NCBI GenBank assembly: GCA_050287085.1
Contig: JBNKBE010000010.1
Location: 64,001 to 128,000, forward strand
DNA length: 64,000 bases
From: Polyangiaceae bacterium
GTDB taxonomy: Bacteria; Myxococcota_A; Polyangia; Polyangiales; Polyangiaceae
Reading direction: 5' to 3'
Below, in pieces: positions 19,607 through 29,500 of this stretch. The notes below the pieces were generated by a model. The model searched no databases and was not told the DNA's origin. It worked only from the letters and a program-made list of their open reading frames with translations. Positions within the stretch are counted from its first letter, which is position 1, and each line of letters opens with the position of its first letter. The translations under genes and the position numbers were made by a program.

Positions 19607-19635
19607 TTGACCGGAATCGACGCGAGCTGTAGCGT
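19607..19635 (+). promoter_or_regulatory. Putative sigma70-type promoter of the OPX/beta-barrel pair
   Basis: TTGACC-17 nt-TAGCGT, 8 nt before ATG 19644. Confidence 0.45.
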
Positions 19636-19643
19636 ATGACCCC

Positions 19644-20321
19644 ATGGACAAGTCGGGTGTGCTGCAGGAGGCCGAGCGATTGAGTTCGGTCCGAGTCGAG
19701 ACTGCAAAGACGGAAGCGCGCCGCTTTCGGCGAGCTGCGGCTGCGCTGGCTTGGCTGGTGATGGCTGTGGCGCTCGGCGGCTGCGGGGCGGAAGCGCCTT
19801 TCGTTTGGGTTGAGGTGAGGCATTTGCCGCAGGTCGATCCCAAGAGCGAATACATCGTGCAGCCTGGCGATACCTTGTCCGTACGGGTCTACAACGACGC
19901 CAACTTTTCGACGACCAGCGTAGTGCGGACGGATGGTGTGATCAGTCTGCCGCTCACCGGAGAGGTGGACGTCCGGGGCAAGCGTCCCAGCGAGATCGCC
20001 GCACAGCTGGAGGCGCTCTTGACCAAGTTCATGAACTCGCCTTCGGTCAGCGTGACTGTCGACGCTGTTCACCTTGAGAGCGTGGTCGTGGCCGGGCAAG
20101 TGGGGGCGCCCGGCCTCAAAGAGGTCAAACCTGGCACGCGGCTCCTCGAGCTCATCGCGATCGCGGGTGGCCTGACGGAGTTCGCCGACGATACCCGGAT
20201 ATTTCTGGTGCGTCGGGGCTCCGCGGAGAGAGTCAGGTTCACCCTGAAGATGCTCTATCAGGGCAATTCTGTGGCGGCGTCGGTACAGGTGGGCGAAGGC
20301 GATCTCGTCATCGTGGAGTGA
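19644..20321 (+). CDS. Short OPX polysaccharide export lipoprotein (Poly_export + SLBB; EpsY/WzaX-like)
   Basis: YIVQPGDTL, VRTDGVISLPLTGEV, AGGLTEFAD; ends at GDLVIVE without the C-terminal outer-membrane helix; lipobox LGGC. Confidence 0.9.
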   Translation: MDKSGVLQEAERLSSVRVETAKTEARRFRRAAAALAWLVMAVALGGCGAEAPFVWVEVRHLPQVDPKSEYIVQPGDTLSVRVYNDANFSTTSVVRTDGVISLPLTGEVDVRGKRPSEIAAQLEALLTKFMNSPSVSVTVDAVHLESVVVAGQVGAPGLKEVKPGTRLLELIAIAGGLTEFADDTRIFLVRRGSAERVRFTLKMLYQGNSVAASVQVGEGDLVIVE

Positions 20322-20330
20322 TCCTGCAAC

Positions 20331-21569
20331 ATGCCTCATTGGTTGTTGCTTCTTCAGTTGGCCGGCGCAGCGACGACGCTTGACGTCGGTGCTGTAGCGG
20401 AGCTGAGAACGCGCGTTCCCGGCGACGCCGAGACCGAAACGGAGTTGTACAAGAGCGCGCTGGACACCAGCATCAATGGCACGGCCTCCCTGGGTGTGCA
20501 GGCGAAGAGAACCTCGCTATCACTGGATTACTCTCCGGCATTGGCTGTGCTCGACTACCTGCATCCAGCTCGGAGGCTTACGCTCAATCACGGCTTTGGC
20601 CTGAGGGCGAAGACGCTGGGCGCGCGCTGGCAGCTGGGAGCCACCGCCTCCGGTAGCGTGGGCTATCGCAGCTATTCCCCGTTGCTGGGCGGTTATGCGG
20701 ATCTCTATCCGGGCCAGATTCTTCCGGTGGTAACGGTGGGCATCAAGGCCGCTACCCCACAGGTCGATGCCAGCTATCGGCTGGGCGCGCGCCACACGCT
20801 CACCGCGGCGGCCGGCTACGTCTACAGCGCGGCGCTAGACGATACCTCGAGCAAGATCGTGCCGACCTCCTACGGGCCGACTGCGGATGTGGGTTACCTC
20901 TATTCGTTGTCCGCCGCCGACGACCTGGGTCTGGAGTTTGGAGCTCAACAACGTCGTACGGAACCGGGGGCCTTGTCCGTGGCTGACGCCAATCTCGATG
21001 TGCTTGTTCTTCAGGCCAATGCGCTGTGGAGCCACACCCTGCAAGAACCTGTGCTCGGCGAAGAAGGGGGCGCGACGTTCAGCTTGCGCGCCGGAGCCGC
21101 AATAACTCGCAGTCGCCTCAAGGGCGAGACAACTTGGAGTCCGGTGGCTCCGGTGGGGGCGGGGCAATTGGGAGGGCTCTTTGCGTACTCCATCAAGCTA
21201 GGCTCTGCCGGCACGATCGCAACGGGCGCAAACCTGGGCGTCAGCACCATCATCAATCAGACGACGGGCACGACCGACCAGAGAGCGCTCGCCTCTGGTC
21301 GAGTTGATTGGACCAGAAAGCGAACCACCGTTGCGCTGACCGGCAATGGCACTCGTTCACTCGACTTGGGTACGGTCGGAGCGGCCGCGTCCTATCAGGG
21401 GGCGCTGACGGCGCGCCACGAGCTGCACCGCACCCTCTTCGTTCAGGTCGGGGCTCGCGCGGCTTACGTCGACGTGGATCCGGAACTACAAGTCGGGCAG
21501 AGCGTAGCGAATCCTCAATGGGCCTTCTTTGTCGGCCTCGGGGGTCAGCTGGATACGCTACGGTTTTGA
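20331..21569 (+). CDS. Outer-membrane beta-barrel partner of OPX (EpsX/Wzp-like)
   Basis: Signal peptide, alternating amphipathic strands, terminal Phe, directly after short OPX. Confidence 0.75.
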   Translation: MPHWLLLLQLAGAATTLDVGAVAELRTRVPGDAETETELYKSALDTSINGTASLGVQAKRTSLSLDYSPALAVLDYLHPARRLTLNHGFGLRAKTLGARWQLGATASGSVGYRSYSPLLGGYADLYPGQILPVVTVGIKAATPQVDASYRLGARHTLTAAAGYVYSAALDDTSSKIVPTSYGPTADVGYLYSLSAADDLGLEFGAQQRRTEPGALSVADANLDVLVLQANALWSHTLQEPVLGEEGGATFSLRAGAAITRSRLKGETTWSPVAPVGAGQLGGLFAYSIKLGSAGTIATGANLGVSTIINQTTGTTDQRALASGRVDWTRKRTTVALTGNGTRSLDLGTVGAAASYQGALTARHELHRTLFVQVGARAAYVDVDPELQVGQSVANPQWAFFVGLGGQLDTLRF

Positions 21570-23717
21570 GGGAGCAGCCGCGGCTGCGACATCAGGACCC
21601 GCGTAGCCCACAAACTTCGACACCAGTCGAACGTAGGACGCTTGGTAGTAGATGCCCGGTTCGGAGAATTCCCAACTTCGATCGTAGGCGCTTTTCGGGT
21701 TCCACCCTTCGTTGGTATCGAGATAGCTCTTTTCGGGCGGTTGGCTCTTCACGGGGGACTTGGAGCAGGCGTGAGCTGGAGGCGCGTTGCCACAGTATTG
21801 TCGGTTGGGTCCACCTGGCACATAGCCCGGTGCTGGGCCAAGGCGCGACGTTCTGGCGTTGTCCCAGGTCGAGTCGTGGTCGCGGAACCAGGTGTGATAG
21901 ATTTCGTCCGCGCTGTCTTCGGCGCCGGCGTGATACATGTTGCTGAGGTAGACGAGTTGCATTGGGTTCACGCCGTGGAAAGAGTGCAGAAGCCCTGCCG
22001 CTCGTTCCCAATAGGTCGCGAAGTCTTTGGGAGCGACAGCTCCGCTTAGTACTGCGTCGATGTTGGAGTTGCCCAATGCTGCCCGCTGGTTGTTGCTGCC
22101 CCAGTGGTACATGTAGGGTCGCATGTGTGCCCGATAGAGATCGAACTTGGGATCGAAGCCAAAGAGATCCCTCGAACGCAACACGCGCTGTCGTCGCTCA
22201 GCAATGCGCTTCTTGATGTCCGCGGGGGCCGAATCAAGGGAGGCGTAGAAAACAAGCGCGTCGCCTTCGCAAGGTTCATAGACGCCCCATTGGTCTTCTT
22301 TGAACGGGCGAGTCGTCTGAATGTTGGCGGCGATATAGGCCGCGTAGGGGCCCGTGGGGTTGATGGCTGCGAGATAGGCCGCGGCCGTAACGGCCATCTT
22401 CGGTTGATCTTTCACCGCTATGTCCGCATCGCCGCCGGTGATCGAACCGTCGTCGCACTTGTCTGATTGGGGATGCGTCTCAAAGTGCTGCCACGCGCGC
22501 TCCGCACGCTGGGCAAAGTCGGCTGCTGCAGCACCTAGAGTGGGGAACTTCCGCAACACCAACGCCGCGTGGGCGAACATTCCCGCGGTGGCAATGGTCG
22601 AGGAGGAGCAAGCGCCCGGGTAGTAGAAGCGCGGGGACCTGTCTTGACTCGGTAGGTCTTGGGTATGTTTTGCGCTGCCCATCTTGAGCAAGACGCCACC
22701 CTGTAGGTCGTCAGCCTGCATCTTCTTGAGCCAGTTGAGCTCGACCAATACCTCGTCCAGGATATCTGGAATGCTGTTGCCGGATTCCGGAATGCCAAAG
22801 TCATCTGTGAACGCTGTCGGGTGCTCGCTGTACGCGGTGAGCAACTGATGCACGGGATTCAAGGCGAAGGTGACGTACTTGTTGGTATCGCCCGCATCCC
22901 ACCAACCACCGCTTAGGTCGCGCGACGTCTGGGCGTCGTTGCGACTGTTGATACTTCGTGCCTCACGATCTTGAAGTGGGCCTACGAAGTCCGCCGTGGC
23001 TAGCCAGCAACGCATCCCGACACAAGCCCAGGGGCGTTCCTTGGGCACGTTGGCGCGATTGAAGTAGTACATCTTGCTCGCCGCGACGAGCACCGGCTTG
23101 TAGACGTTGGCACCGATCTCAAAAGGCGCAGATCGGACGCGATTGGTCGGATCGTAGACGTAGTACAGTCCGTCTTGAGTCAGGCTGCTGAAGTCAAACC
23201 AGAAGCCGGCGTCACCTGAGGTCTCGTCTGTCTTGCCCTCTTGCCACGAGCTAGGTTTGCCGGTGAGGACCTGACCTCGGTCTTTCCAGCGGCGTATCTC
23301 CACCGTCTCGGGCGGAACATATGAATCCGCCGCGTTCCAACCCTTCTGTGGGTTGACGATGACGGCAACTTTCTTCATCTGGGGGAGGTAGCCGAACTGG
23401 TCTACAGCAAGGTAACGCTCTCCAGGTATGCCCTGACCTTGGCCTTCCGGTAGCGGGACGGGCGCCTCCCGCATCTTCTGAAACGGGTATGATGAACGCC
23501 CGTGTATCAGGCGCGTCCCTGTCGGTTCGGGGCCCGGCGCTGGCGCAGCCTCGGTAGGGGCTGGCTGCGTAGGCATGACCAACGTCGGAGGTTCGCTTTG
23601 ATTGCGCGAGCAGCCGCTGAGTTGCAGTAGCGCGACTAGGACTAGGGACTGGCAGTGGTTGTGTTTTGCTACGCTGCCTATCATGGCAATGACGCTATCA
23701 CGAAACGCCAGACCCAT
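21558..23717 (-). CDS. Glycoside hydrolase family 9 lipoprotein with Ig-like N-terminal domain
   Basis: VDQFGYLP Ig-like start, DLSGGWWDAGD catalytic motif, C-terminal SEPGIYYQA glutamate; lipobox LSGC. Confidence 0.9.
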   Translation of the reverse strand: MGLAFRDSVIAMIGSVAKHNHCQSLVLVALLQLSGCSRNQSEPPTLVMPTQPAPTEAAPAPGPEPTGTRLIHGRSSYPFQKMREAPVPLPEGQGQGIPGERYLAVDQFGYLPQMKKVAVIVNPQKGWNAADSYVPPETVEIRRWKDRGQVLTGKPSSWQEGKTDETSGDAGFWFDFSSLTQDGLYYVYDPTNRVRSAPFEIGANVYKPVLVAASKMYYFNRANVPKERPWACVGMRCWLATADFVGPLQDREARSINSRNDAQTSRDLSGGWWDAGDTNKYVTFALNPVHQLLTAYSEHPTAFTDDFGIPESGNSIPDILDEVLVELNWLKKMQADDLQGGVLLKMGSAKHTQDLPSQDRSPRFYYPGACSSSTIATAGMFAHAALVLRKFPTLGAAAADFAQRAERAWQHFETHPQSDKCDDGSITGGDADIAVKDQPKMAVTAAAYLAAINPTGPYAAYIAANIQTTRPFKEDQWGVYEPCEGDALVFYASLDSAPADIKKRIAERRQRVLRSRDLFGFDPKFDLYRAHMRPYMYHWGSNNQRAALGNSNIDAVLSGAVAPKDFATYWERAAGLLHSFHGVNPMQLVYLSNMYHAGAEDSADEIYHTWFRDHDSTWDNARTSRLGPAPGYVPGGPNRQYCGNAPPAHACSKSPVKSQPPEKSYLDTNEGWNPKSAYDRSWEFSEPGIYYQASYVRLVSKFVGYAGPDVAAAAAPSKP

Positions 23718-23741
23718 GGCGCCATTCTTTGCGACTCGTCG

Positions 23742-25217
23742 CTAGCGGAGTCGCCCGTTGGAATGGCGCCATGCACCAGTCTCAATCGCCAGCTTGGCAA
23801 CAATCGCTAGGCCCGGCGCCAGCGTGAACGTCCATGGCCACCCTCCAAACCCCATGTCGCCAAACGCTTGAAGCATGCAGACCACCAATGTGGCGACCAG
23901 GGATACTGAGGCAACGCGGTAGAGCGGGACGGTGGTCGAGCGGTAGGTGCGTACGCCGAAGTAGACGCCGAGCGCGAGCAGCATCCAGATGCATGTGAAC
24001 CCTAGCCAGCCGGTAAACGCCCACAAGCCCAAAATGCTGTTGTGCGGAAGGTAGGGTTCGAGATCGTAAGGGACGGCGGGGAGCTTAACAACCTCGTTGA
24101 AGGGCTTGCCAAGGCCGATACCGAGTAGCGGGTTCTGGATGAAGGTCTGGTGGAGGTTGAAGTTCTCGAGTTCACGCCAGTTGGATGAGCCGTCGCTCTT
24201 GGCATCAACGATGGAGCGCAGCAGTTGCACCGGCTTGAACACTTTTGAGCCGCTATTCCATCCAATAGCAACGTATACGAGGGCCAGCGGCACCGACGCG
24301 ATGCCGGCTCGCACCAACTTGAGCTTGAGCACGCTCCAGCGCGTTAGGAAAAACGCGAAGACTCCGCCCAACACGATGTTGGGCCAGACGATGCGCCGAT
24401 CGTTGGCTATCATACCCAACACCAGTAGCGGCAAGAACACGGCCATCCGTTGCAGATTCGCGCGGGACGGTTCTTCGAGCACGAGGTTCAGCAAGATCAG
24501 AACCGCGACAGCAAACAACACGGAGTCGCCGTGGGAAGTGCAGGTTTCGGTCTCGGGGAATGCGCGGCGGACGCCAACGGCCATGATTGCCCGTACGCTA
24601 GCGGCTCCAATGATGAATCGTCCGAAAGGAACAATGTCCTTGGAGCCGCGGAACACGACCGCGCAGAACATGCACCATAGGGGGAGGCGCAATTGGCGGT
24701 CCATTTGCCAGTTGGCCCACTTCATGATGCCGCCATGGCTCAATCCCCAGAACGCAGCAAAGAGAGTGCCACAGAGGCTGAGCCAGATGATGTAGTAGAG
24801 TTCCTTGGGCGCTCGCGGTCCGCCCGCGAGATCGAGCGTATTGCCTCGCGCACGCCGCGCCCAATAGAGCGCAACCATCAGCACGAGCACGGTCTCGGCT
24901 CCGGTTAGGATGAGGGCACCCACGGGGAGGGTCTTCTTGAGTTGGATCGTCATCAACGATCCGAGCAGGAAGAGTGGCGACTTCCAAGGCCCACGATCGG
25001 CTGGGTTGTCGAGCACCAGACACATCGCCATCACGACGAACAATGGCCAGCGGAGCGGGACCCGGCTAAGGATGAACGCAAATAGCAGCGCGCCAAAGGG
25101 TACGATCGCTCCCACGGGGCCTACCACGACCGAGAGCACGATCGTGGCGAGCGCGAGAACAGCGAGAAAGGCCCAGAGCGCGACGCGTTGGAGCACGTCA
25201 GAGCTCGAGCTATTCAT
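23742..25217 (-). CDS. wzy: Wzy-type polysaccharide polymerase (O-antigen ligase family)
   Basis: Multi-TM; periplasmic loop SSNWRELE..NPLLGIGLG..PHNS; ATGA overlap with co-polymerase. Confidence 0.85.
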   Translation of the reverse strand: MNSSSSDVLQRVALWAFLAVLALATIVLSVVVGPVGAIVPFGALLFAFILSRVPLRWPLFVVMAMCLVLDNPADRGPWKSPLFLLGSLMTIQLKKTLPVGALILTGAETVLVLMVALYWARRARGNTLDLAGGPRAPKELYYIIWLSLCGTLFAAFWGLSHGGIMKWANWQMDRQLRLPLWCMFCAVVFRGSKDIVPFGRFIIGAASVRAIMAVGVRRAFPETETCTSHGDSVLFAVAVLILLNLVLEEPSRANLQRMAVFLPLLVLGMIANDRRIVWPNIVLGGVFAFFLTRWSVLKLKLVRAGIASVPLALVYVAIGWNSGSKVFKPVQLLRSIVDAKSDGSSNWRELENFNLHQTFIQNPLLGIGLGKPFNEVVKLPAVPYDLEPYLPHNSILGLWAFTGWLGFTCIWMLLALGVYFGVRTYRSTTVPLYRVASVSLVATLVVCMLQAFGDMGFGGWPWTFTLAPGLAIVAKLAIETGAWRHSNGRLR

Positions 25218-26764
25218 GACTCGTCGGAGTCCGTCGGGCTGGGGAGCGCAAGGGAGCCGACAACCGGAACTGGGAGCAGTTGCTCGAGTTGCCATGTGCG
25301 ATCGAGCACACCCCTGCGGAGGGCGAAGATGGCGATTGCGCCGAATCCGAAGAATAGGCCGCCCAGGAACGCGCCGAGGACTTTGGGAACACGTGGCTTG
25401 GTCGCCTTGCGAGGAACCTCTGCGTTGACGACCGTTTGATAGCGTAGCTTGAATGCGCGCTGGGCCAGCTCCAGATCCAGCCTGCGGGCGGCAATTTCCT
25501 TCTGCAGGCTGGCATATTGCGCATCCGCCAGAATGACCGCGCCCTCCAGACGTCCGTATTCAGGATCGATCTGTGAGGCGATCCGGAGGTCGGGGGCTGA
25601 AGGCGGACGGATGTTGAGATTGGAGCGGGGCTCGGGCGCCGGCCCTGTCCCACGACTTGCTTTCGGGGCGTTAAGCACCAGGCCACTGCGCTCTTGGCGT
25701 AGGGCGGAGAGCTCCGCCGCCAGCTCTTGCAGGCGAGGGCTTTCGGCGGATGCTGCGGCAATCTGCTGCTTGACGTCGATGACCGCGGGATGAGCGTCGG
25801 TGTAGCGGGTGCGAAGCTCAGCCAGTTTGCCGTGTAGTGTCGCAAGCCGAGTCTGTTGCTGGCTGCCCAGGGACTGCAGGCTCTGCTCTTTCGTTGCGAT
25901 CAAGCCGTCGAGTTCGGAGAGCCGCGCTGCCGCCTGCTCTGCTTCCGCAACAAAAGGCGACGATGGGGCCACAGGGCGCTGCTGGCGGAGCTTCGCGATG
26001 CGTAACCGCTCCTCTTCTAGCGCCTCGTCAACGGTCGCTTGGTAGCTCTTCTCTTTCGTGGCGATGTACTCGTCCATGTAGGAGCTGAACTCGTTCTTGG
26101 TTCGATCGAGTCGTGTGCGCAGATCGGCGGCTTGGCGCTCCAGGATGGAGATGGTTTCGATGATCGCCGAGACGTCGCGCTCGTGGCAGATTTCCAAGAA
26201 CAGCTCGCGAGCTGCCGCAACGATGCGGAAGACGGAGTCTTCATTGTTCCACTTGGCAGACAGCGTAATGCTCGCGCGATCCGCTTCAACGCTGAGAGCC
26301 TCCTCCAGACCTCGCACCGTGAAGTACAACGCGTCCTCCGGATCGACCGGTTTCGCTAGCGGCGACAACAGCCAATTGACCAGCTTCTCGCGTAGTGAGC
26401 GATTTCGAACGTCCGCTGCGATCAGGTCGGCGCGCTTGACGATTTCCTCCAGGTTCGCGCGGGACGGCAATACACGAGCGGCGCCTTCCGTCATCGAGAC
26501 GCCCCGGTCCTCGCCGCGTGGCTGCACGTAGGAGTTCTTTACAACAACCAGCGTTGTGCTCGTCGCGTACTCACGGCCGCCTGTGAACACCCATGCGCCT
26601 ACCAATGTTGCGAATGCAATGCCACATGTGACGATGACCCATTTCCGCTGCCAGCCTTGGTAGGCGAAGTAGCGCAACCAGTTGGTCACGACCGTGAAGT
26701 TGACGATCTCGCCGAGGTCGGCCTGAATCGTGGGATTCAGCGACGGGCGCTCCTGGGGATTCAT
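25214..26764 (-). CDS. Polysaccharide co-polymerase (Wzc/EpsV-like) without kinase domain
   Basis: Two TM segments flanking coiled coil, YTDAHPAV motif, AEVPRKATKP before TM2, LPVPVVGSL tail then stop. Confidence 0.87.
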   Translation of the reverse strand: MNPQERPSLNPTIQADLGEIVNFTVVTNWLRYFAYQGWQRKWVIVTCGIAFATLVGAWVFTGGREYATSTTLVVVKNSYVQPRGEDRGVSMTEGAARVLPSRANLEEIVKRADLIAADVRNRSLREKLVNWLLSPLAKPVDPEDALYFTVRGLEEALSVEADRASITLSAKWNNEDSVFRIVAAARELFLEICHERDVSAIIETISILERQAADLRTRLDRTKNEFSSYMDEYIATKEKSYQATVDEALEEERLRIAKLRQQRPVAPSSPFVAEAEQAAARLSELDGLIATKEQSLQSLGSQQQTRLATLHGKLAELRTRYTDAHPAVIDVKQQIAAASAESPRLQELAAELSALRQERSGLVLNAPKASRGTGPAPEPRSNLNIRPPSAPDLRIASQIDPEYGRLEGAVILADAQYASLQKEIAARRLDLELAQRAFKLRYQTVVNAEVPRKATKPRVPKVLGAFLGGLFFGFGAIAIFALRRGVLDRTWQLEQLLPVPVVGSLALPSPTDSDES

Positions 26765-27115
26765 GCTCTCGTTCAAGGTACGATCCGATCGATTCCTAGT
26801 TTAGACGCGGCCAGATGAAGCGCAGCGCTAGCATATATATGAATGTCATCAGCGCCATGTTGCGCAGCATCAAGCGGAGCCCGCGGCGGGCATCGGGATG
26901 CCGGGCGGCCAGCGCTGGGATCAGAACGGTGCCTGCTATCACCGACATCAAGAGCAGCTTTGCCACTTCGGGCAGTGTGGCATGCTGCTTGGCAGCGGGG
27001 CAAGGGAATCGGCGGCCTTGTGCGGGGAGGGGGGCGCCTCGTCGCTTGCTGATCGCGCGCCGGCTTTGCTAGGGTGGCGCCGGTTCGGACCGGCTTCTCG
27101 GCAGCCCCAAGTGAC

Positions 27116-28177
27116 ATGAAGACGCTAATTCTGGCCGCAGGCCGTTTCGACGACACCTATCGGGGGGATATTGCGGCGGACCGTGAGCCCCGTCTCGACA
27201 TGTTCGAGCTCGCTTCGGTCCTGAACGCCGATCTCGTGGATTTCACAACGGTGGAACGGGAGTTTCCTCTGGTGGCTCGCGCTCAGGGGGTCATGGCGCG
27301 ATCCTTGGGGGCAGCTCTGGCCGGGTATCGGCGGCGCAACCGCTACGACGCGATTCTCACCAGCGGTGAGGATATTGGGTTGCCGCTCGCGGCCTTGCTC
27401 CGCACCTCGCGAGCGCGCTGCAGCCACACGATGATCGCCCATACCCTTCACCCCCGCAAGAAGAGGGTCTTCTTTCGTCCACCGCTCAGTGTGCAGGGGC
27501 GGCTAGACCGTGTGCTAGTCCACGCCACGAGCGAGGAACGCTTGTTGCGAGAAGAGCTCGCTTTTCCGTCGGAGCGGGTCCTTCGCATGCCCTATCAGGC
27601 TGATACCCGGTTTTTTGCGCCGCAGGTGGGCGTGGAGCGGGAGCCCGACCTCATTTGCGCCGCCGGTCAGTTGCATCGGGACTACGATACGCTGATCGAG
27701 GCGGTTCGGGGACAGTCCCTGCGGCTCCAGATTGCAGCCGGAAGCCCTTGGATTCAGAAGCGATTGGATCCGACCCGGACCCTCCCGGACAACGTCACGT
27801 GGGGCAAATTGCGCCGCTTCGAGTTGCGTGCGTTGTACGCGCGCTCGTCGCTGGCGATCGTGCCGATTCAGCAGAATGAGTTTCAGACGGGAATCGCCAC
27901 GATCCTGGAGATGATGGCAATGGGAAAGTGTGTCATCGCGACGCGCACTCGCGGGCAGACGGACACCATTGTGGACGGCGAGACCGGCGTGTACGTGCCG
28001 CCGGCGGATCCGGACGCGCTGCGCGCGGCGATTCAGCGCTTGCTCGCCGAGCCGGCCGAGGCGGCGCGCATGGGCAATGCCGCCCGCGAATACGTGCTCC
28101 GCGAGGCAAGTCTCGACCGCTTTGTAGAGCGCGTGAGCGGCGCGATTGACGCAGCTACGCAGGAGCGCCAAAGCTGA
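27116..28177 (+). CDS. Glycosyltransferase family 4
   Basis: RDYDTLIEA, GIATILEMMAMGK, VDGETGVYVPP. Confidence 0.9.
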   Translation: MKTLILAAGRFDDTYRGDIAADREPRLDMFELASVLNADLVDFTTVEREFPLVARAQGVMARSLGAALAGYRRRNRYDAILTSGEDIGLPLAALLRTSRARCSHTMIAHTLHPRKKRVFFRPPLSVQGRLDRVLVHATSEERLLREELAFPSERVLRMPYQADTRFFAPQVGVEREPDLICAAGQLHRDYDTLIEAVRGQSLRLQIAAGSPWIQKRLDPTRTLPDNVTWGKLRRFELRALYARSSLAIVPIQQNEFQTGIATILEMMAMGKCVIATRTRGQTDTIVDGETGVYVPPADPDALRAAIQRLLAEPAEAARMGNAAREYVLREASLDRFVERVSGAIDAATQERQS

Positions 28178-28214
28178 GTTGGCTCCCTCGCGCGCCGCTT
28201 GGCTGTTGGCGTCC

Positions 28215-28328
28215 GAGCGAAGCGCTGACTGCAGAGCGGAGCGCTGGCTACAGAGCGGAGCGCTGGCTACAGAGCGAAGCGCTGACTGCAGAGCGAAGCG
28301 CTGGCTATAGCGCGAAGCGCTGATTGCC
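28215..28328. repeat. 19-bp tandem repeat, 6 copies, intergenic
   Basis: Consensus GAGCGRAGCGCTGRCTRCA at 28215, 28234, 28253, 28272, 28291, 28310; no spacers. Confidence 0.95.
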
Positions 28329-28348
28329 TGTCAGGATGCCTTGGCCCT

Positions 28349-29500
28349 TCATTCGAGCGCCGAGCGCAGCATAGCTTCGACCTCTTTTAGGGAGATGTTC
28401 AGCTTCTCCCCAAGGCGCACCCGTCGGGCTTTCTTGAGTCCTGCCACGACTATTGCCGCGTCGTCGGGGCGTAGTCCAAGCGATCGGATGTCGGTGGGCA
28501 CGCCAATCCGTTCGAAGAAGGCGCAAATGGAATCCAGAGCGGCGCGGGCAAGAACTGCTTCGGAGCCGGTGCTCACACCGAAGACGCGGGTTGCTAACTG
28601 CGCGAGCCGAGCCTCTTTGTCAGCCAGGCGGAGCTGGTAGACCAGGGGCAATACCAGCGCCAGCGAGCGTCCGTGGGGGACGCCCCAGTGGGAGGTCAAT
28701 TCGTGGCCGATGAAGTGCGTAGCCCAGTCCTCCGGTACTCCGCTTGCGAGCAGTCCGCCCTGCGCCAACGTGGCGGCCCACATGAAGTTTGCGCGCACGT
28801 CATAGCTGCTTTCCTCGGCGAGCAAAGGTTCCGCCAACTCAAGCAATGTCGAAAGAATCGCCTCGGAGAGGCGCTCTTGGAGCGGGGCACCCGCGTCCTG
28901 GGTGGCGTATTGTTCCAGGGTGTGAACGAAGGCATCAACCACGCAACTGGCCAGCTGGGCCCGTGGCACCGTGAGCAGAAAGCTGGGATCCAGCAGGGCA
29001 AATGCGGGGCGAATCGCCGGGTTGACGTAGACAAGCTTCACGTCGCGGTCGGCATCGGTGATCGCCGCGATGCCGTTTGCCTCTGCTCCCGTGCCGGCCA
29101 GCGTCACGACCACGCCCACCGGCACGGGATTGGCTACGCGCACCCCGCGGGCGAGAAGCACCGCGGGATCGACCTCAGCGCGCAACGCAGCCGCGGCGAA
29201 CTTGGTCGCGTCGATGACGGAACCTCCCCCCACCGCCAGGAGAAAATCCCGGTCTTGTGCTGCCTCAAGGATTGCGGCGACGTCGCTGAGGGTCGGATTG
29301 CTTCCGACGCCCCAATGCTCCTTGATGTCCCAGCGGGCCAACGCGCTGCGAACCTGCTCCGCGACGCCGTTGCTCTTGCTCGAGCCACCACCGAATACCA
29401 GCAGGACGCGCGCGCCTTCAGGCACGGCTTCAGGCAGCGAGCCCACCGCTCCTTCGGCGATGGTGATTCTCGTTGGCTGATCGTAGCTAAAAGCTCTCAT
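28349..29500 (-). CDS. Iron-containing alcohol dehydrogenase (YqhD/BdhA-like)
   Basis: GGGS, AVGGGSVIDATK, DAFVHTLE, WATHFIGHEL, HGRSLA. Confidence 0.93.
   Translation of the reverse strand: MRAFSYDQPTRITIAEGAVGSLPEAVPEGARVLLVFGGGSSKSNGVAEQVRSALARWDIKEHWGVGSNPTLSDVAAILEAAQDRDFLLAVGGGSVIDATKFAAAALRAEVDPAVLLARGVRVANPVPVGVVVTLAGTGAEANGIAAITDADRDVKLVYVNPAIRPAFALLDPSFLLTVPRAQLASCVVDAFVHTLEQYATQDAGAPLQERLSEAILSTLLELAEPLLAEESSYDVRANFMWAATLAQGGLLASGVPEDWATHFIGHELTSHWGVPHGRSLALVLPLVYQLRLADKEARLAQLATRVFGVSTGSEAVLARAALDSICAFFERIGVPTDIRSLGLRPDDAAIVVAGLKKARRVRLGEKLNISLKEVEAMLRSALE

Noticed and set aside
28215..28328. CRISPR array
   Set aside because: 19-bp units are contiguous with no unique spacers; no cas genes in the window
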